DNA of 64,000 nucleotides, filler included, from Asterionella formosa (taxonomy: Eukaryota): assembly GCA_002256025.1 (NCBI GenBank). It is 15 parts of 15 records of this genome, joined end to end, with 100 filler letters (N's around TTAATTAATTAA, not from the genome) between each part and the next. Parts side by side here need not be neighbours in the genome. Positions count along the whole stretch, not along the records: positions 22,497 to 44,878 come from NKIB01002757.1; 14 more parts are not named here. One strand, written 5' to 3'. A program made the translations under genes and the position numbers. Below the pieces are notes generated by a model. It saw only the letters and a list, made by a program, of their open reading frames with translations. It was not told where the DNA came from and did no database searches. Every line of letters begins with the position of its first letter. Within the stretch, counting starts at the first letter, position 1. Positions 22,690 through 36,944 of the stretch are shown here, one piece after another.

Positions 22690-24622
22690 ATTATCTGGTA
22701 GTGTGTTGCAAATATTCTGTTCGAGCGACTCAAAGTTCGTCTTCTACTGGTAGATTGATTCAGAATCTTTCGTTGGCTGGTACGTGCATGCAGGCCAAAT
22801 GGAGCTACCAGGTACCGGTAATTAAATTATAGGCGCTCATTCATTTGTTATGAGCTTGTAATGATCGAAGATTGTCATCGAAATGATCGCCTATCAAAAA
22901 CTATATTCGTAATGTTCTCATTTTCGCGGTGTGTTATGGATGTTGAGTACCGGTAGTACCTTCGGTGATTGTTTTATTCTCTAACTTGTTTCTTATGATT
23001 GATGCTGTTGTAGTGACAGCAAAACATCACTTGAATTCCAACAGAAAATGTGGTGTGTGTGGTAATAGTGTGGCCTCGAATTTTGTCATCAAATGACATC
23101 CACGGGTGGTGTCAATTCCTTCTCCGGGTTGGCAGAAATGTGATTCAGAAAACCCCTCACCATGATTATAGCCGTAAATACTATGTCCTGGTTTATACCG
23201 GTAGCCCTCCTCAAGCAAATTGTGGAGACAGGAAGCAAAATTCCCCCAAATCGGCAAGGCCCAATGGACATCAATTTTTCAGGATCCAAAACAGGCAACT
23301 GTTCATCGACCAACAAAAAGAAGCAAGAAAATGGCATTGGATAGTTTGTGGTTGTACACCATGTCTGGCAAGTGGATTTGTCCTCCTCTGTCTTGGAACT
23401 CCTGATACCTGCAAGTTGTGGTCATTTTGCTGACATGACAACATGATGGCAACTAATTTACCTTCATGAACTCATAGAATTCTAAATCTTCAATGGTTTC
23501 AAGCTGACATGCCAATACTTTGGCTGACTCTAAATACAATCACTTTGGCAGATTTGGTAATCAAAGCAAACTATACTTGAGTGCAGTAGCTAGTAATGCC
23601 CTAATGACTCAGAGTAAATTTTGCCTAATATGCCAAAATCCAAGGCATTTTACTGTTAAGTATACAAGGTCGCCCAGTCACCTCCAAACTGGGTCACCAC
23701 TTGAATTTTCACTATGAATCTAATCAATACTCTTACATCATGTCCAATCATGGATGGAATCTAGGAAGTTTCTGACTCTATAGACTGAATCTCCTTATCT
23801 AGTGTCTTCAAACATCTCTCCTATGGCGTAAAACACAAAAACCATGATTAAATAAACAGAGGGCCTACAGCCAACAGTCAACAAACCATGATATTCTACC
23901 AGATAGACAAATAGGAAATTCGCCAACTACTTTATGCATTCGATGCAGTTCCCAACCCAAAACTCATGATCATGTATTCTGCTGCCCTGAATTGATGGAC
24001 TTTTGAGACAAAAATGGACTGACATTCCAGACAAAATGATTCACATGACCAAACTCCAGAACCCCCCTCCCCCTCCCATTTTACTTTACTTGTTATTACT
24101 CGCAAGTACTTCTATAGTTTTGGGAGCATGGAGACCCCACATTCTAACCATATGACCTTTCTCTCCCCCTCCACCCTCTGACGAACTACAATTTTCACTG
24201 CCTTCCAAAAGCAATCTGTGATTGGTTGGAAGCATATTTACGTAGTGATTATATCCCGCCCCCTATCCTGGCGGGACTTTGCAATAAAGCATATAACTCT
24301 CAACATCTCCCTGACAAAAAAACTTTGATCCTACTCTTTGAGCACAGTCCCGTCAACTGATTGATATCATCAGAACCTACTCCATGGAGCGATGGAAAGA
24401 ATGGAATACTGTCGATCCCGCCTGAATAAAAGGCCTCACCAGGGAAGCCTGCGGAAAAATCCATACAATGGTTAGAAATCTACCTGGTTCTCAACGAGAT
24501 TGTCTACCTATTTGTAAACGCAAGTCATTACAAGTAAATATTTGCAGCTTAAGTTTAAGTAATAATGAGTGCTTGATATATACATGGTTTGCCTTCATTC
24601 CAATTCTACGGAATAACAGCGA

Positions 24623-25318
24623 CTAAGCGCAGGCTCCGGCGCCTCCTTTTCTGCTAGTCATTGGGATCGGGGAATGTGTTCTCAATCTCTTGAACGGTTG
24701 CTCTAAATCCGAACTTTCATCCTCAATGCTAGGCTCTGATGTCCTCTTTTTAGTCAACAATGGAAATTGTACAGAAGGCGCTTGAGGAACCAAGTGCATA
24801 AGTTCGGGGCTGTAGACTTGGTAAAAGTCTTGACAACCGGTCGCAAACGCAACTTCGGCTGCCCAAGCAGTACACTTTCGGGCAACGTGAGCCAAGTGTT
24901 CCGGCTTGCTGTAGCGTTGTTGAGCCTTGAGAATAGCTCTTGTAGCAAGGTATTTGTTCTTTTGTCTCTCCGTGGACACACGATGCTCCAGCCCTCGCGT
25001 GCAATCGTCAGGAGTGACACTTAGTACCAAATCAAGATCAAGGAGGATTGCGATTCCACATGATTCCCTGATTTGACGGCAAATATCTCTTGCATCATTC
25101 TTAAACTGATCGAGGTCAGATTGCTGGTACCATAGTTCATTGCGCTCGTCCTGACTCATGTCAGACGACGCGGCAGAGATAGAAGCGGTTTCGAAAGTTT
25201 CAAAGGAAACTCGTGGTGGTACTCGTACTACCGCCGGGGATGGAAGCGCAACCATTGGTGTCGTCATGAGAACTATTGAAGCGTCAATGCGAATGGGGTC
25301 AACGATCGGGCAGCACAT
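24623..25318 (-). CDS. Hypothetical protein (RVSF...LWY...RGLE type)
   Basis: 231-aa ORF with RVSF, ELWYQQSDLDQFK, CTRGLE motifs I recall from an expanded diatom hypothetical family. Confidence 0.7.
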   Translation of the reverse strand: MCCPIVDPIRIDASIVLMTTPMVALPSPAVVRVPPRVSFETFETASISAASSDMSQDERNELWYQQSDLDQFKNDARDICRQIRESCGIAILLDLDLVLSVTPDDCTRGLEHRVSTERQKNKYLATRAILKAQQRYSKPEHLAHVARKCTAWAAEVAFATGCQDFYQVYSPELMHLVPQAPSVQFPLLTKKRTSEPSIEDESSDLEQPFKRLRTHSPIPMTSRKGGAGACA

Positions 25319-26574
25319 GCTTTATTGAGTAACAATGCTGTATTACAAAAGGAGAAGAACAGTTGAAATAGTCTCTTGCTTGTTACTTTGAAACACCAAG
25401 CTAGAACAAAATTGTGCGTGTCCTGTAACAATGTTACCTGTACAAATATTGCAAGAAACAAAATACCGGGAATATGACATGCCTGTCGTACATCATGGTG
25501 TAACTGCCTATGCAGTGTCCTTCGGAGTACAATCACGCCAAACTCATTGAGTCCAATTCGAACCAAGAAAATACCGGTACTGTGCGTACCTGAAGAGACA
25601 GTCTGACTGAAACTGAATGTAGTGGTACTCAGCATACTGCATAGCGTGACGTCATGTGGAAGGAGCTGCCTGTATTCCGGTACCAGGTACCCTGGTACAA
25701 GGGTAGTACTATGCGACGTGTCGCAGATCCTGAATCCTCACCTTGTGTGAAGTCATACATACGGTCATGGGAACTCTTGCGTGTTGGTGTGATGCACAAA
25801 AACACATATCAGTCGTATCGGAATCAGGTATTGAAGAGCAAAATTCGATATAATTCAAAAGTACCGTACAGGTAATGATTGGCAAATGTGTTAAATGAAA
25901 AAAATCCGGACAATCTCAAAATGGGAACTTCAATTAAATGACCAGCTGTGACGACTTCATTGGTACACTGGTATTTTGTTTTATTGTCGTAGCTTTCGAA
26001 GGACATTCGTTGACAAATTTACTCGTCATGATTAGAATGACCTCTTGAACTAATCAAGAATGACCATGAAATTGCCTGGGGTTAAATATCAATACAACGA
26101 CACCGGTACTGGAGTGCGGTACTCGTTACTAATTCCGAGGCGCGCATACAAAATAGGTTCTACTAAATGACTGTACAGAGGAGTGTGATATCATAGGTCA
26201 AGAACACATGATGGGGGGGCAAACGAGTAAACAACATGTTACTCTACTGTGCCAGCATATTCTTTCGTCTGCACTGTACAATCATTTTCCACTCTATGTA
26301 CCAGGTACTGGTAGAATCAATGGAGGTTGTGTCGCATGTATCAATCTTCATGTACGAAATGTTATAATATATATGCAATAGCTCTTATATTGCATTTTCA
26401 TTACCTGGTAACCAAGTGGTATGCAGCATTCGAAACAATGCCAACCGGTACCAGTACCAGGTACTCCAATACCATGCTGGATGTCACATACTCCTCTGAA
26501 CGAGCGACATAGCTAACGAACAGCTCGTGAGCCGAAATATGACTCCACCGGTACTCCCGACAAAAATGAGAATC

Positions 26575-28049
26575 GGTACCAGTAAAAACTGCCATGACCC
26601 ATTGAGGCCGTGACCCATTGAACGCAGAATAACACGTTTTGCTGTCAAAACTTAAGGTTGCGGCCCCAGCTTTAACCCTAGTTCGAAGAAAATATCGCTA
26701 GGGTTATAGAAACGGCGTGGAACAGGGAGTTTCCTACTATGAATTCTCATGATTCGAGTGACCATTTGAATAATTGAAACAAATAGGAATCAGCGCCTGG
26801 TTGATAGAGTTCCATTTTAGCTAAACAAAAAAAAGATTTTTAAGGTTCCTGCAATCCAACCCTAAGGCAAAAATTAAAAAATTGCTTAGGGTTGCCAAGG
26901 AAATTACCTGGAACTAAGAATTTATATGAACTATTTTTGAATGACAAGATTCCATTTGAAGTATTCAAATTAGTAGAAATTTGTGCATACGTGCATAGAT
27001 TCCTTTTCGAATTTGCTAAATACTGGGGTATATAGATTTAGATTGTACATCTGTATGTATATACTGGTATACACTCTATACACTGATCGATGGTTGATGT
27101 GTCATATGACCTGGCAGCTTGGCAAATATTTGAAGTGCTTTCTAGGAAAGGTACGCATGTGTCAATTGATAATCATCTACTGGTACCCGTAGTGGATATG
27201 GTACCGGCATACTGGCGATCACACAAGAAAATTTTAAATGTGTATCCAGTGTGGCCGGTGTGGGTTTGCAAGACCTCGCAAACCAGGCCAATCATTTGTC
27301 GGTAAGAAATTGAACTTGACCAATCAAATATTTGTAGTGAAGCGGACACTTACAATGGAACTTCTTGTACAGAAGATTGTAGGACGAAAACTTGAAACAC
27401 AAGACTTCAGTTCTGATGATGACATTTCGGCGATTATTGATTCTGATTCCGACATTTTAGAGACCATTGAAAAGGCCAATATTGTCGAATTTTTGAACGA
27501 CAATAGCTCGGCGTTGGCAGGGTTTAAAGAAGAGTTAAGTGCATAGGTAATCTTCATATAGACCCAGAAGGTAACTTTCGGAGAGAAAATGCAGAAAGGA
27601 ACTTCGGTTTTTTTAACTAGGCCAAATAAATGAGTTGGCCCGGGAAAAACCACTATTTTAAGCATAGTTAAAAAACCGAAGTGCCTTTCTGCACTTTCTC
27701 GACAGATCCTATATCCTGACGATGTATAGCGTTGAGCTATACTCCTGCTTTGTCAGAAGACTGAATCAAAGCATATGGAAAGGGTGCATATTAGTGAAAG
27801 CTCCATTTAGCGATATACATTAATGTTGTAATCGTAAGAAGTGTATGTTTGAGTACTCTGACTCAATATTATTTTTTCAACCCTACCTCTAAACTAGGGT
27901 TCAAATGCAGGAACCTTCAATGTAAATATTTTATATTCATTGCTTAATGTGGACATGATTTTGCTCGATGCCAAAACACAAACATAAATCAGGAGTATGC
28001 CAACATGTATGCTCATGATTTGTGTTTGTACGTTTATATTGAATCTACG
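26575..28049 (+). mobile_element. Non-autonomous repeat, copy B, interrupted by a nested TIR element
   Basis: Homologous to 12781-13098, with ~1.08 kb extra sequence at 26842-27917. Confidence 0.65.
26842..27917. mobile_element. Nested non-autonomous TIR DNA transposon
   Basis: Ends AAGGTTCCTGCAatccAACCCTA / TAGGGTTcaaaTGCAGGAACCTT; the empty site in copy A reads TTAA (~12962). Confidence 0.75.
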
Positions 28050-28062
28050 TAGTTTCGATACA

Positions 28063-28341
28063 ACTGAACGAATTCATATTCATCATATCAAACCCTTTCA
28101 TAGGTGAAAGGTTTTCCCTTGATGTGGGAGAGTGAGCAATCTCGCTCAACTACAGACATAGCTACCTATACTACTAGGGTTAGGTTTACACAGATAAATA
28201 AGAACTCTATCAGGAGAGAACTCGACTAACACCTATTTGAATAGCTTAGTTTCAACCTAGGAGATTGAGTTGCACACAAGGATTAACTAATAAGCTCATA
28301 TATTCAACAAATACTACTACTTCTAGTTAGATACTACTTCA
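28063..28341 (+). mobile_element. Diverged Gypsy remnant: integrase tail, PPT and 209-bp LTR (28133-28341)
   Basis: TERIHIHHIKPFHR* vs TERINIRRIKPFHR* in intact copies; gggagag|TGAGCAATC...ACTTCA. Confidence 0.85.
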
Positions 28342-31300
28342 GGAGTATCTGGTGGTACCAGTAGATGTGCTATCATTGTCACAACCACCAGGGACCGGTC
28401 TAAAATTGACTCATGGTGGGTTTGGGAAGCAGACGAAAGGAATCAAACACAGTTTTTCAATGATACCACTCAAATTTATAACTGCTAAAATTTCGGCGCA
28501 TGAACAAAGTTGAGGCACCATTAGAACCGCATCAACCTGTTCGTTCAACGTAGGATAGTGTCAATAATAGCTTAGAAAGGGTAACATGTATAATTTTTGA
28601 TGACGAGATGCTTAGTATGATAAAACCTAAGCATAGCCCTATCCTGATAATTCATAAATCGTCAAGTGAACCTAGAACAGATATCTCACGACATCTAAGC
28701 CACATAATACGTGAAGTGACCATCACGTAAATAAGCCTAGATGATTTTGAATGGATCACTTGAATTAGTTGAATACATCAAAATTGCTTATTTGAATATA
28801 TCTGTATATTATCTGAATACATCACGTTAATTAATTGATCAGAGTAGTATCATGCATGCATTCGCTCCTGATAATTACTATTACGTGATCACCTTCACTA
28901 ATTATTTGAAATACTTCACGTAATTCAAGAATTTAGTTCAAGTTGCCTTATAATTTCGTTCACGTACATATTAAATTTCGTAATTCTATGATTTGTTCAC
29001 GTGATTTTCTAAATTTCATTCAACCAATTTCCTGAAGGTTTTTCAACTAATTTAATAGTACTATCAAATAATGTTGTTGACTAATTCAACTATTTCAAAT
29101 TGCATGGGAAACAAATGTCGATATGCAATCAAACAAAGATGTTTTTCAGAATGGAATCTTCAGTCTTGTCTTGAGAAGTTAGGCATCATGACACGTCTGT
29201 AAGGACAATGCAAGACGAAGAGAAGCCTTTCATTTAGAATGGAAATAATATTCTCTATTGATCAGACATCATTGTTGTGCGACATTGCTATAGGAAGGCA
29301 ATGCACCACACTGGCTTCCTTCTTGTCCTTGAAAGGCCTTCTTCATTGACCTGCAAAGATTTACATTAAAACAGTGTGTCAGTAATTCATTTGAAACAAC
29401 TCGCAACAGCAGAAAGCAACTCACGTATTTGCTTTTCAACTCTTTCACATGTTCGGTTTAATGGTGTCAGATAACAAATGATGTGTACCAGTAAATCAGG
29501 GAGCTAAATTTGTATATGTGCTAAATTTTTTTCTGGATGATGGTGTCTTTTGCTTTATTTTGGTGTCCGATGATGTCACGAAATCTAGCCCTAACCCCTA
29601 AATTTGGGTGGATTAGTTTTAGGGTTTCCCAATAACTCTACGACCGTTCTAATTACAACATCGTCATTGAGCATGCTCCACAAACAAACACGAAAAGTAG
29701 CTAAGTGGAGATATTAAGAGGTTTACGCTATAATTATTTTTAGCTCAGATTATTCGATTCTTTTCTATAGAGGTATTATATCTACCGGTATAACACTATG
29801 GAGTAACTGTGTGGTCCTCGTCGTTGTGAGCAGCTGGAGTATGCATCATGGTGCATCATGTCGTGGTCTCAGCATTGACCATGACGAAATCAGCAAATAT
29901 CTCCATGAAAACTGAACACGACGCTTTGCTATTGGGTACATATATTAAGCAAGATATAGAAAATACAATCGTAATAAATATTATTTGTAAGAACTCAACT
30001 ATTGACAGCGAAAATTGAATAGCTGATAGCGCATTTTTTAATGAAATTTATAGATTCACAGTTCAAAACGACGATGCTATCAGCAGATTTGATACTCTCA
30101 CATTAGTTATACAACGACTGCAAAGACGACTAAACAATAATATGATTAAGTAAAGCAAAAGATGTGAAACAAGCTATTAATTAGCTTATATTTGATTGCT
30201 TGTATCGGCCGCTTAGATCTTTTGTTATCAACAACAAAGCAACTTCTACTTACCAGATATCATGAGACCGTTATACATGGTGAAGCTGCAGTGCCAGTTA
30301 CAACTGTAACGGAGACACTTCCTCTCTCTTTTGTCGCTCCTATGATTACATGACAAGATATGATTGGAGGATCACCTGTCTAAGAATGTTGCAGCTATGG
30401 GAAAAAACACATGTAAGGAGTCTTTGACTGAATTGACAAGATATGATGGGAGCACCACTAGTCTAAGAGTGATAAAACTTCTGCGATAAACAAGCATGCA
30501 AATGATATAAATATTTTGTAACCATTGCATGTGATATGGCAAAATTTTAATCAATGGCTTTGTGCTGCCACTTCGACTGCTGGTTTTGTCACTTTTAAAA
30601 TGGATAGATCTGAGTTAATATATGTTCAAGTATAGAAATGATCTAAATCTCAGGTAGCTTAATGAACAACTAGTAACTAATATTGTACCAAAGGGTGAAA
30701 GAGGGGATCGATTTTAGCATACATCTAGAATTAGTGGGAAAATAATCTAATAACTTGACTCATAGCCAGGTGTAACTGGTACGGGACTACACGTTTTCAC
30801 GCCAACATACATGCCGGTATATAATAAAAATGCATACCCGGTACATACATGCAGCCATAATAAAAATGCATGATGTTATTAATGATACGTGTCAATTTCC
30901 TTCCTTCCTGTTCGAGCTACAAGATATACACAGTATACGGGTATGTAAGTAAATGTTCTGTATGGATGTTCAATTGTGTTCCTGAGGTGGCACACTCCAG
31001 GTACGACCTGCTGTTTGCATCACCTTGTACTGTGCCGATACGAGGAGTCGTCTACCAGGTGGGGGTGATTTCTAGATGAGTAACTGGTACCGGTTGGTTC
31101 TAGGTGGTAACACGACAGGTGCAACGGTACATCGTTACCTGGTACAGTGGTCGAGGTAGGTCTACTGTACCTGGGACCAGTACCAACACTATTTGTACCG
31201 TCATCCTGTACAAATCTGTTCATTTTGCTACCTATAGAAACTCAACTCGTGAGATACCGTTGTTAGTTCCTAAGTACTCCTTGTTACGTGTCATAAAAAA

Positions 31301-31361
31301 TTTAAAAAGAACATAAAAATTGAATCTTTCATCAATCGTAAGAACAACAGTCCTGTGCCCC

Positions 31362-32341
31362 ATGGTGCGCTCTAGTTCTCCTTCCGTTTCCCCTCCCTTG
31401 ACGGCTCTCAATTTCCTCAATGTGTTGGCCTACATTGCCAATTTGTTGGTGACGTACGGCATTGGCGTTGCTGGCTTCGCTGGAACGCAAACCAATGCAG
31501 ATCTGAGTGCCAAGTATCAGACTTTGGTGACTCCCATTGGGTGGGCGTTTGCGATTTGGGGCGTCATCTTCTTGGCACAGCTCGTCTTCACGATCGCTCA
31601 GCTCCTTGGGGCCTACCGTCAAGCTCCTCTCGTCACGCCTGGCGTCGGACGAGGCTACATTGGCGTGTGTATCGCACAGGTGGGGTGGACTTTGGCCTTC
31701 ACGTACGAAATCATTTGGCTGTCGCTGGTCTTTATGCTGTCCATCCTCTACTTTTTGATTTCCATCCTCATGTCGCAATACAAGACGCAGCAAGCAACAT
31801 CGGTGAAGGACTACTGGTTGCTCAAGTTCCCCTTTGCGATCCATGCTGGATGGATCGTGGCAGCTTCCTTTGTGAATATTGGGGTAGTCCTTGTGAATTA
31901 CTCAGTTGGTGAAACCATTCAGTACTATTTCGCCTTTGCGACCATTGTCATGCTTTTGCTCATTACTGCCGTGGCACTGGGATACCATGACCGCCCTGAA
32001 TACGTCGTTCCGTTGGTGTTGTCTTGGGCGTCGGTACGTTGCGCTGGAGATTGTTTGTCCTTCTGGCATACTCCCCAACCCTCACACGCTTTTATTTCTC
32101 TTTTTATATTCAGCTTGGAATTTATTTTGAATTGAGCAACCCCAAGGAATCGATTGTTGCTACGTTTGGTGCCAATAAGGTCAATGATGTGAAATATGGT
32201 GCCATTATTGCGTCGGTAACTATTTTCGTTGCTGTCCTGGTTCGGGCTCTAATGAACTATCGCAAAAAGCACGGCGGTGGAGAAGCCGACTCGGAAGAGA
32301 ATGCCTATCTGCGTCATGAGGAACATTCTACCAGAAGGTGA
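31362..32341 (+). CDS. Multi-pass membrane protein (TspO-like/DUF1774-like), 2 exons (intron 32034-32113)
   Basis: LSAKYQTLVTPIGWAFAIWGVIF motif; about 8 hydrophobic segments; splice restores WAS|LGIYFEL. Confidence 0.75.
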
Positions 32342-32807
32342 ACGAATAGGTTGTGCTGCATTGTACTTTTCTCATGTTGACATTTCTATTTAGTATTTAA
32401 TATTCAATTTGAGCGATATCGTGTTTAGGTAACATTGCTTTTTGTGGAATAACCACGATTAATTATTCCCCCCCCCCCTTAAAATTCGTTTCGAGAGATC
32501 ATCTGCCTACAGGATACCGGGTAGAGTAGTTTACTTTCGCAGCTGTCACCATTGTGACATTTCTACCTTTGTCGTGAATGAGGAGACCCACTTCAGTCGT
32601 TCCTACGAGTCTGTGAACACAAGACCAGGTACCTGTCGTTCATTTCTAATGAGGCCCGTATACATGGCATGTCAACTAATAACATTTTGTTTCTGTACAA
32701 AGTTTCCCCAATGGCAATTTTAAAGTATGCCGGTAAGAATATTTCTTATTTTTTAATGTTTTACTTTGTGCAGAAATAAAATGACGTAGGTCTCAAAATT
32801 GCCCATC

Positions 32808-35800
32808 TTAGGCAATTTCCTTGATATCCTCGTCTTGATACACTTCAAGAGGTGGGCATGTGCAAACCAAATTACGATCACCATAAACATTGTCAACACG
32901 GCCACAGGTAGGCCAGAACTTGTTCGATCGAATCCATGGTGCAGGGTACGCCGCCACCTCCCTGGAATATGGTCGATCCCAACTGTCGGCAAGCAAGTCA
33001 TCAATGGTATGAGGGGCGTTTCTCAAAGGAGACGAATCAAGAGGAATACGGCCACTTCCAATGTCATCAATCTCAGATCGAATAGCAAGCATGGCATCAC
33101 AGAAACGGTCGAGTTCGGCCAAATCTTCACTCTCCGTTGGCTCAATCATAAGTGTTCCAGAAACAGGCCAAGACATGGTGGGGGAGTGGAATCCATAATC
33201 TTGCAGACGCTTGGCAACATCCTCTTCGGTGACACCAGTGGCGGCCTTCAAAGGACGGAGATCAAGGATGAACTCATGTGCGCATTGTCCATTCTTTCCG
33301 ACAAACAAAACGTCATAGGCGCCATTAAGGCGGGCTGCCATGTAGTTAGCATTCAAAATGGCAAAGCCAGTAGCAAGCTTCAGTCCCTCCGCTCCGAGCA
33401 TCTTAATGTACATCCATGAAATTGGCAAAATGGCAGCAGATCCAAAAGGAGCGGCAGCAACAGCGCCATTTGTCTTTGGCACGCATAGATCGGAACCGCA
33501 AAGCTTTCCAGAGGCCGCAGGGTCGACGCTGTGCCCAGGAAGGAATGGAGCAAGGTGGGCAGCAACTCCAATAGAACCTACTCCAGGTCCTCCACCTCCG
33601 TGAGGGATGCAGAATGTCTTGTGCAAATTCAAATGGCACACATCGGCACCGATCAATCCAGGGCTAGTAAGTCCAACCTGAGCATTCATGTTGGCACCGT
33701 CCATGTACACTTGACCGCCGGCCTCGTGGACAGCATCAATAATCTCAACAATGGCCTCTTCGAATACACCAAATGTGGAGGGGTATGTCACCATAAATGC
33801 AGCCAAGTCATCCTTGTGCTTTTCAATCTTGGCCTTTAAATCAGTCATATCAATATTTCCATTGTCATCATTATCGACAACCACCACCTTCATACCGGCC
33901 ATGGTAGCACTGGCAGGGTTGGTTCCATGAGCACTCTTGGGGATGAGGCAAGTGCTACGGTGTCCTTCACCCTTGGAGGCCAAGTATGCCTTAATGGCAA
34001 GGAGACCTGCGTACTCTCCAGTAGCTCCAGAGTTGGGCTGGGCACTAACGGCCGCGAAACCTGTGATTTCAGCAAGATCCTTGTTCAGGTCCTCAATCAT
34101 TTCATGGTAGCCCTGAACCTGGTCAGTGGGTGCGAATGGATGGATGTTGCAAAGCTCGGGCCAAGTCACAGGAATCATTTCTGTGGTAGCATTCAACTTC
34201 ATGGTACACGATCCTAGAGAAATCATGGAGTGATTCAAGGAAAGGTCACGATTTTCCAAAGCCTTGAGATAACGGAGCATCTGTGTCTCAGAGTGGTGCT
34301 GACGGAAAATAGGGTGTTCAAGAATTTCTCCCTCACGAGCGCACGAAGCGTCAACCTCCGTCATGGAAGCATCTGCAGTAACATCGGGAGCAGCGACCTT
34401 GAATGCCCCCGTCAAAAGTGCCGCAATGTCGTCACGGGTAATACCTTCTCCCATGGAAATACCGACCGTCGATTCGTCAATGATACGCACATTGGCGCCA
34501 ATGCTAACAGCTCCAGCCTGAACGGCCGCAGAAGTCATTCCCTTGGAGGAAACGTCTACAGTAAAGGTATCAAAGAAAGGTCCTTCCGTCACCTTGAACC
34601 CTGCCTTGGCCAATTCGCGGTGAGTCACACGGGCAAGAGCATGGATGCGACCTGCAATCTCCTTGAGGCCCTCTGGTCCGTGATAGATAGCATAGGACGC
34701 TGCCATGTTGGCAAGAAGCGCTTGTGCGGTACAAATGTTGGATGTCGCCTTATCACGTCGAATGTGTTGTTCTCGTGTTTGCATCGCCATGCGAAGGCAA
34801 GGTTTGCCCTTGGAGTCAATAGTGACACCAATGATACGTCCTGGCATTTTGCGAGAATAGTCATCAGATGTGGATAAGAATCCGGCATGTGGACCTCCAA
34901 ATCCCATGGGTACACCGAAGCGTTGTGCCGATCCAACAGCAATATCCGCTCCCCAAGTGGACGGGGCGGCCAATTTTGTCAAGGCCATGAGATCCGTGGC
35001 AGCAATAACCATACTGTCAGCGTCGTGAACGCGCTTAGCGAAAGATTCGTACGACTCCCCTGGCGACTCCACGGATCCATAGGTGTTTGGGTATTGAATG
35101 AGGGTACCGCAGTAGTCTTTCGCCGAAAAGTCCACAGTGGAGTGGTCGCCAACAACAACAACAATCCCAATAGCTTCCGCACGAGTATGAATCAATCCAA
35201 TTGTCTGCGGGTGAACGTCCTGCGAGACAAAGAACTTGTTCTTCTTTCCCTTTTTCCCCTTGAGGGCAAAGCACATTTGCATGGCCTCCGCCGCAGCCGT
35301 GGACTCGTCTAGGAGCGATGCAACTGCCATGGGAAGTCCCGTCAAGTCCACCACCAGAGTCTGAAAATTGAGAAGCATCTCCAAACGTCCCTGGGCGATC
35401 TCAGCTTGGTATGGCGTGTATGCTGTGTACCAACCTGGGTTTTCCAATACGTTACGGAGAATGACACCTGGGACTTGCGTATCATAATATCCAGTTCCAA
35501 TGTATGACTTCATGACCTTGTTCTTGTCCGCGTATTCCCTCATCTTGGCAAGTGCTTCCGATTCCGTCATGACGGGTTCTAGGGCTAGTGGCTTGTTGGT
35601 GAGGATATTCGGAGGGACCGTAGACTTGACCAGGGCTTCGAAGGAGTCAAATCCAATTGTAGCCAGCATGTTTTTGGCTTCTTTCATGCTTGGGCCCACT
35701 GATGGCAATGACGGTTAGGAGTCGAGTCATTGTATTGAGAGAGTCGAGTTGAACGGAATGGATGCAGTCAGTGGTTTGATACAGGGGGCAAGGACAATAG

Positions 35801-36197
35801 AGGGGTGAGAGCGATGTGTGAAAAAACAATTGCCTAAGTTGAAGTTGGTTCAAATGGCGTCAGCAAGCACGAGGAATGATCCTGCTAAATATCCGCCATA
35901 CATGAATGTATTTATCGTGGTTGCAGGTACGTGTCCAACATTGGTTTGGTACAAAACCAGCGGCTCTTTTTTTTTCATTCCACCAAAATGATGTCATCGT
36001 GATGAATAAGCAAGCAGTGACGTTCGTAGAAGTTTTACTACGGAGATATCGCGATATGAAAACTTACTGTGACGACGAGAAAACGTATCTGTCATGTCCA
36101 ACGCATCCGCCGCAATGGCAGCAGTGGAACGAAATCCTCGTTCATAGTATCCTTTTGATGCCAATAATCTGCGGAGAGTGGTTGATCGGAGTAGCAT
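32808..36197 (-). CDS. GLDC: Glycine dehydrogenase (decarboxylating), glycine cleavage P protein, mitochondrial; 2 exons (intron 35699-36067), ~1006 aa
   Basis: YTAYTPYQAEIAQGRLE, REQHIRRDKATSNICTAQAL, PLP site HLNLHKTF, DNVYGDRNL; exon 1 encodes an Arg-rich mitochondrial presequence and the splice gives FSRRHMGP. Confidence 0.97.
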
Positions 36198-36944
36198 GAT
36201 TGATTATTGAGAGGAAGGTGAAGGTTGTATTATATATGTAGAATGATAATATGGACGAGTATTGATGCGAGCGAAATTGAATCCAAGAAAATAATGTATG
36301 ATCCATTTGGTATATCTTCTTATTTATGCTGCCCATATACAATCATCTACAGTCCCTCGTACCAATTTTGCATTGACTTTCTTTGGATTTTGTCGCGACA
36401 AAATGACATCCATCATTACCAGTACCGGTACCTAGTGGTGGCTTGTGAATGACGTCGGTACAGCTACATGAATTTTATACCAGGCGCCACTTAGGAAATG
36501 GTTCCGACGTAGTAATGACGTGGTGATTGTGGGTCGTTGCCCTTCCCTTGTTGAATTTTATGTTGTACTCATATTACAACCGGTACCATGTACTGTATGC
36601 ACCGGTAGTTTAGGATGGCACGTTCGCCAAACCGTTCGTAAATTACCGGTAAATAATGTTAGTGCATAAACATGTCATGCACATTATATAAATACATGAG
36701 CACCGGCATATACTACAATACATAATACTCCGTGTACCGGTATATTGTCTTCGTGGTGGTGGGTGTACTGACATGGGCGAACAACTGCTATTTATTCTGA
36801 CTGTTCCATTCATGACCATTGCAAACCACTTTCTTCTTCGCCTTGTAATTTCCCCTTTGTGTATCGATTATCGGCACGCTCTATCAACTTTCCATTGAAG
36901 CTCGACCCTATCAAGTCTATTCAAACCGCAAACAGGAAAACAGA

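Noticed and set aside
29589..29625. CCCTAA/TTAGGG telomere-like hexamers
   Set aside because: Only isolated, imperfect units.
32753..35718. Many overlapping ORFs up to 215 aa
   Set aside because: Antisense or alternate-frame shadows of GLDC.
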